DNA from: an uncultured Planctomycetales bacterium | GTDB lineage: Bacteria > Planctomycetota > UBA1135 | Direction of reading: 5' to 3' | DNA length: 64,000 bases | Assembly: GCA_964342475.1 (NCBI GenBank) | Contig: CAYFGE010000004.1 | Span: 14,796 to 78,795 of the forward strand | Made by a program: the position numbers and the translations under genes | Shown here: positions 61,020 to 64,000 of the stretch, one piece after another | Layout of the letters: each line of letters begins with the position of its first letter | Numbering within the stretch: position 1 is the first letter of the stretch | Notes under the pieces: model-generated | Told to the model about the DNA's origin: nothing | The model's database searches: none | The model's input: the letters and a program-made list of their open reading frames with translations, nothing else

Positions 61020-63434
61020 ATGCTCCCGGCCTTCCTGCTCGCCCTCCTGCCCCAGGTACCTGCTGCTGAGCCCGCGCCCGCCGAGATCCTGCCGCAGGAC
61101 TGGCTGGTCCTCGCCGCGGTCGACGAGCGCGGGCGCCGTCCCTTCCGGCCCGACGCGGTCTTCCGCGCCCACCTCCTCGAGCGCGGCGCGCCGCCGCCGA
61201 CCGCCGGGCAGGCGGCCAGCGGATCGCTGGGCGGCGCGGAGTGGGAGGCGCGCTCGGTCGAGGACGGCTGGGTGAACCGCGTGGCCTGGGCCCACACCAC
61301 GGTCGAGCTCCCCGCCGCGCGCGTGATGATGGCCGAACTGCAGGGTGCCTCGACCCTGTTCGTCAACGGCGACGGTTTCGTCGGCGACCCCTACCGCTTC
61401 GGCCACGGCGGCGTGCCGGTGGCGCTGCGCGAGGGGCGCAACGAGATCTTCGTCACCGGGGTACGCGGCGGCTTCCGCCTGCGACTGTGGACGCCGGAGG
61501 GGCGCGTGCAGGTCGGCGGCTGGTCCGTGCGGCGGCCCGACCTCGTGGTGGGGCAGCCGGTGTCCGGCGAGGCCTCGGTGGCGGTGATGAACGCGAGCAC
61601 CGTGCCGCTCGACGGCGTCCGCGTCGAGGTCGGCGGCGCGGGGCCCTTCGGCGCCGCCTCCGTGGGGCTGGCGGGGCCGCTGCCGCCGCTCCACGCGACG
61701 CGCGCCGTGCTGCCGCTCCGGGCGCGCGCGGGGCACCCCCTGCCGCCCGACCCCGCGGCCCAGGAGCTGCCCTTCCGCGTCGGCGTGGCGGGGGAGGAGG
61801 CCCGCCCGCACGGCCTCTCCCTCGACATGCGGCTGCCCGAGCAGGCCCGGCGGCGCACCTACCGCTCGCGCGTGGACGGGGCGGTGACCGAGTTCAGCCT
61901 GCTGCCGCCGGCCGGCGGCGGCCCGGCCGACGGGCTGGTCCTCAGCCTGCACGGCGCCGGCGTGGCGTCCTGGAACCAGGCCGCGAGTTACGCGCCCAAG
62001 GAGGGCTTCTGGCTGGCCGCGCCGACCAACCGCGCGCCCTTCGGCTTCGACTGGCAGGACTGGGGCCGCATCGACGCCCTCGAGGTGCTCGACCTCGTCC
62101 TGCGCGAGCGGCAGCTCGACCCGCAGCGGGTGATGATCACCGGCCACTCGATGGGCGGCCACGGCACCTGGTCGCTGTCGGTCAACGATCCCGACCGCTT
62201 CGCCGCGGTCGCCCCGAGCGCCGGCTGGTGCAGCTTCGACAGCTACGTCGGCCGCCCCGAGGGCGCGCTGCGCGAGCTGTGGCACGCCGCGGACGGCAGC
62301 TCGGACACGCTGGCCCGCCTCGACAACCTGCGCGGCAAGCCGGTCTACATCCTCCACGGGGACGCCGACGACAACGTGCCGGCCAGCGAGGGCGAGGCCA
62401 TGGCCCGCGAGCTCGAGGCGCGCGGCATCGCCCACTCGATCCACCTCGAGCCGGGCGCCGGCCACTGGTGGACGGACGACCGCTACCCGGGCGCCGAGTG
62501 CATGGACTGGCCGCCGATCTTCGCGATGTTCGAGGGCGCGCGGCTCCCCGCATCCCCGACGGAGCTCGACTGGCGCAGCGTGGGCCCCGAGGTGGACGCC
62601 GAGCACTTCTGGCTGCGCGCCGAACAGCCCGAGCGCTACGGCGAGCCCATGCGCGTGCAGGCGCGCCACGAGGCCGACCCGGGGGCCGTGGTGGTGGAGA
62701 CGGAGAACGTCCGCACTCTGTGGATCGGGGTGCCGCACACAATGGCGCGGATCGACCGCCAGGACTTCCTGGCCGACCCGGAGGCCGGCGGCGCCTGGTA
62801 CCGCCGCGTGGACGGCCGCTGGCAGCAGGCCGGAACCGGCGCGCCGGCGGGGGAGAAGCGGCCCGAGCGCAGCGGCCCCTTCCGCCGCGCCTTCGACCGC
62901 CGCTTCGTGCTCATCTTCGCCACCGGCGGCACCGCGGAGGAGAACGCCGAGTCGCTGGCCCGCGCCCGCTTCGACGCCCAGCGCTGGGCCTACCGCGCCT
63001 TCGGCGACGCCGAGCTGGTGCCCGACGAAGCCCTGCTCGACCCGGCGCAGGCGGCGCGCTTCGCGGGCCGCAACCTGGTGCTCTACGGCAACGCGACGAC
63101 CAACCGCGCCTGGGAGGAGGTCCTGCCGGCCGACTGTCCGCTGCGCGCGGAGCGGGGCCGGCTGCGCCTCGGCGAGCAGGAGTGGCGCGGCGGGGACCTC
63201 GGCGCCCTGTTCTGCTTCCCCCGAGCCGGCGAAGCCGACACCCTGGTCGCCGCCTTCGCCGACACCGGCCCCGCCGGCGCCCGCCTGGGCTACACCCTCC
63301 AGCCCTTCCTGTCCGGCGTCGGCATGACCGACTACGCGGTGTTCGACGCCGCCGTCCTCGAGGAGGGCGACGGCGGCGTCCGCGCCGCGGGTTGGTGGAG
63401 CCACGACTGGAGCCTGCCCGCAGGAGCGGACTAG
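61020..63434 (+). CDS. secreted multidomain alpha/beta hydrolase (S9 prolyl-oligopeptidase/esterase type)
   Basis: Signal-like MLPAFLLALLPQVPAA. Nucleophile elbow GHSMGG, acid HGDADDNVP, His GAGHWW. There are ~300-aa flanking domains on each side. Confidence 0.8.
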   Translation: MLPAFLLALLPQVPAAEPAPAEILPQDWLVLAAVDERGRRPFRPDAVFRAHLLERGAPPPTAGQAASGSLGGAEWEARSVEDGWVNRVAWAHTTVELPAARVMMAELQGASTLFVNGDGFVGDPYRFGHGGVPVALREGRNEIFVTGVRGGFRLRLWTPEGRVQVGGWSVRRPDLVVGQPVSGEASVAVMNASTVPLDGVRVEVGGAGPFGAASVGLAGPLPPLHATRAVLPLRARAGHPLPPDPAAQELPFRVGVAGEEARPHGLSLDMRLPEQARRRTYRSRVDGAVTEFSLLPPAGGGPADGLVLSLHGAGVASWNQAASYAPKEGFWLAAPTNRAPFGFDWQDWGRIDALEVLDLVLRERQLDPQRVMITGHSMGGHGTWSLSVNDPDRFAAVAPSAGWCSFDSYVGRPEGALRELWHAADGSSDTLARLDNLRGKPVYILHGDADDNVPASEGEAMARELEARGIAHSIHLEPGAGHWWTDDRYPGAECMDWPPIFAMFEGARLPASPTELDWRSVGPEVDAEHFWLRAEQPERYGEPMRVQARHEADPGAVVVETENVRTLWIGVPHTMARIDRQDFLADPEAGGAWYRRVDGRWQQAGTGAPAGEKRPERSGPFRRAFDRRFVLIFATGGTAEENAESLARARFDAQRWAYRAFGDAELVPDEALLDPAQAARFAGRNLVLYGNATTNRAWEEVLPADCPLRAERGRLRLGEQEWRGGDLGALFCFPRAGEADTLVAAFADTGPAGARLGYTLQPFLSGVGMTDYAVFDAAVLEEGDGGVRAAGWWSHDWSLPAGAD

Positions 63435-63460
63435 GGAGGTGCCGCCCGGCCCGGCCCGGA

Positions 63461-63466
63461 TACAAT
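63461..63466 (+). promoter_or_regulatory. -10 box TACAAT, 10 nt upstream of ATG 63477
   Basis: The sequence is GGATACAATccccggtccgATG. Confidence 0.4.
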
Positions 63467-63476
63467 CCCCGGTCCG

Positions 63477-64000
63477 ATGAGCACCTCGACCCCTTCCATC
63501 GACCTGTCCTTCCTCTCCGAGCTCGGCCTCGACGGCGTCCAGTCCGGCGCCTACTGCGGCGAGTGGCTGGCCTGCAGCGGCACCGAGCTGGTCGTCACCA
63601 GCCCGGCCACCGGGGAGCAGATCGGCACCGTCCAGCAGGCCTCGCCCGAGGACTACGAGAAGGTGGCCGCCGCGGCCCACCAGGCCTTCCTGAAGTGGCG
63701 CGAGCTGCCCGCCCCGGTGCGCGGCGAGTACGTCCGCCGCATCGGCGAGGAGTTCCGCAAGCACAAGGACGCGCTCGGCCGCCTGGTCAGCTGGGAGATG
63801 GGCAAGATCCTCCAGGAGGGGCTCGGCGAGGTGCAGGAGGCGATCGACATCGCCGACTTCGCCGTCGGCCAGTCGCGCATGCTCTACGGCCTGTCGATGC
63901 ACTCCGAGCGCCCGCAGCACGCCATGCGCGAGCAGTGGCACCCGCTCGGCGTGGTCGGCGTGGTCAGCGCCTTCAACTTCCCCGCCGCCGTGTGGGCCTG
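63477..64000 (+). CDS. aldehyde dehydrogenase, ALDH7 (alpha-aminoadipic semialdehyde/piperideine-6-carboxylate) type, 5' part
   Basis: ATG 63477, open to the window end. PAPVRGEYVRRIGEEFRKHKDALGRLVSWEMGKILQEGLGEVQE.IDI.DFAVG.SR is collinear with antiquitin-type ALDH. Confidence 0.85.
   Translation, partial: MSTSTPSIDLSFLSELGLDGVQSGAYCGEWLACSGTELVVTSPATGEQIGTVQQASPEDYEKVAAAAHQAFLKWRELPAPVRGEYVRRIGEEFRKHKDALGRLVSWEMGKILQEGLGEVQEAIDIADFAVGQSRMLYGLSMHSERPQHAMREQWHPLGVVGVVSAFNFPAAVWA

Noticed and set aside
61005-63941. A 978-aa minus-strand ORF covering the S9 hydrolase and the start of the ALDH gene.
   Set aside because: It is R/A/G-rich low complexity, spans two plus-strand genes and their promoter, and shows no motifs.

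Overview
This is a very GC-rich, tightly packed bacterial chromosome segment with about 58 protein-coding genes. I could find no rRNA, tRNA, CRISPR array, transposase, integrase or other mobile-element signature. All family calls come from motif recognition by eye on the supplied translations; no searches were run.

Gene order:
1. A collinear heme operon, hemD (partial)-hemB-hemL-hemE-hemN-hemH-hemY (2-7698).
2. A secreted lectin-like protein and an HD hydrolase (7799-9584).
3. A short-chain acyl-CoA cluster (9626-19092): thiolase, 3-hydroxybutyryl-CoA dehydrogenase, two acyl-CoA dehydrogenases, MeaB GTPase plus a B12-binding mutase subunit, and an MBL hydrolase. It is interrupted by an FG-GAP protein and a CDF transporter.
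4. A minus-strand operon of a THUMP-like methyltransferase, a family-5 solute-binding protein and two permeases, with no ATPase (19098-24038).
5. pepP coupled to an ABC-2 exporter (24143-28046).
6. A HEAT/DUF309/small-OMP operon, a DAO-type oxidoreductase and carA (28117-32402).
7. An accessory-looking block of secreted proteins (32446-42847): a 362-aa HEAT-like protein, two tandem ~900-aa paralogues, an FG-GAP protein and a CarboxypepD_reg lipoprotein.
8. An SRAP peptidase and a four-gene ApbE/porin/FMN_bind/His-rich 4-TM operon (42862-46764).
9. deoA, rsmJ, nadA, a long structured lower-GC spacer, fbaB and an Asp/Asn beta-hydroxylase (46810-52027).
10. A Zn-ribbon CPBP protease/DUF2752/GYF/unknown operon, a DUF1570 HExxH protein, and two orphan pseudopilins flanking a 52-codon micro-ORF (52068-57221).
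11. An SSS symporter, xthA, a GT39 glycosyltransferase, a large S9-type hydrolase and a partial ALDH7-type dehydrogenase (57363-64000).

Most interesting observations:
- The ApbE/porin/FMN_bind/4-TM operon is a candidate envelope redox module.
- The two giant secreted paralogues are tandem and of unknown function.
- A CTAGAAT-type -10 box recurs, often 6-10 nt from the start codon, which implies leaderless mRNAs. In five cases it re-uses the upstream gene's TAG stop codon.
- A G7 tract separates a signal peptide from an FG-GAP body.
- A homopurine mirror repeat with a G-quadruplex motif sits in a divergent promoter region.
- The structured nadA-fbaB spacer carries a thrice-repeated 9-mer.

Long R/A/G/P-rich ORFs on opposite strands, and long upstream extensions of real genes, were treated as GC-content artefacts.
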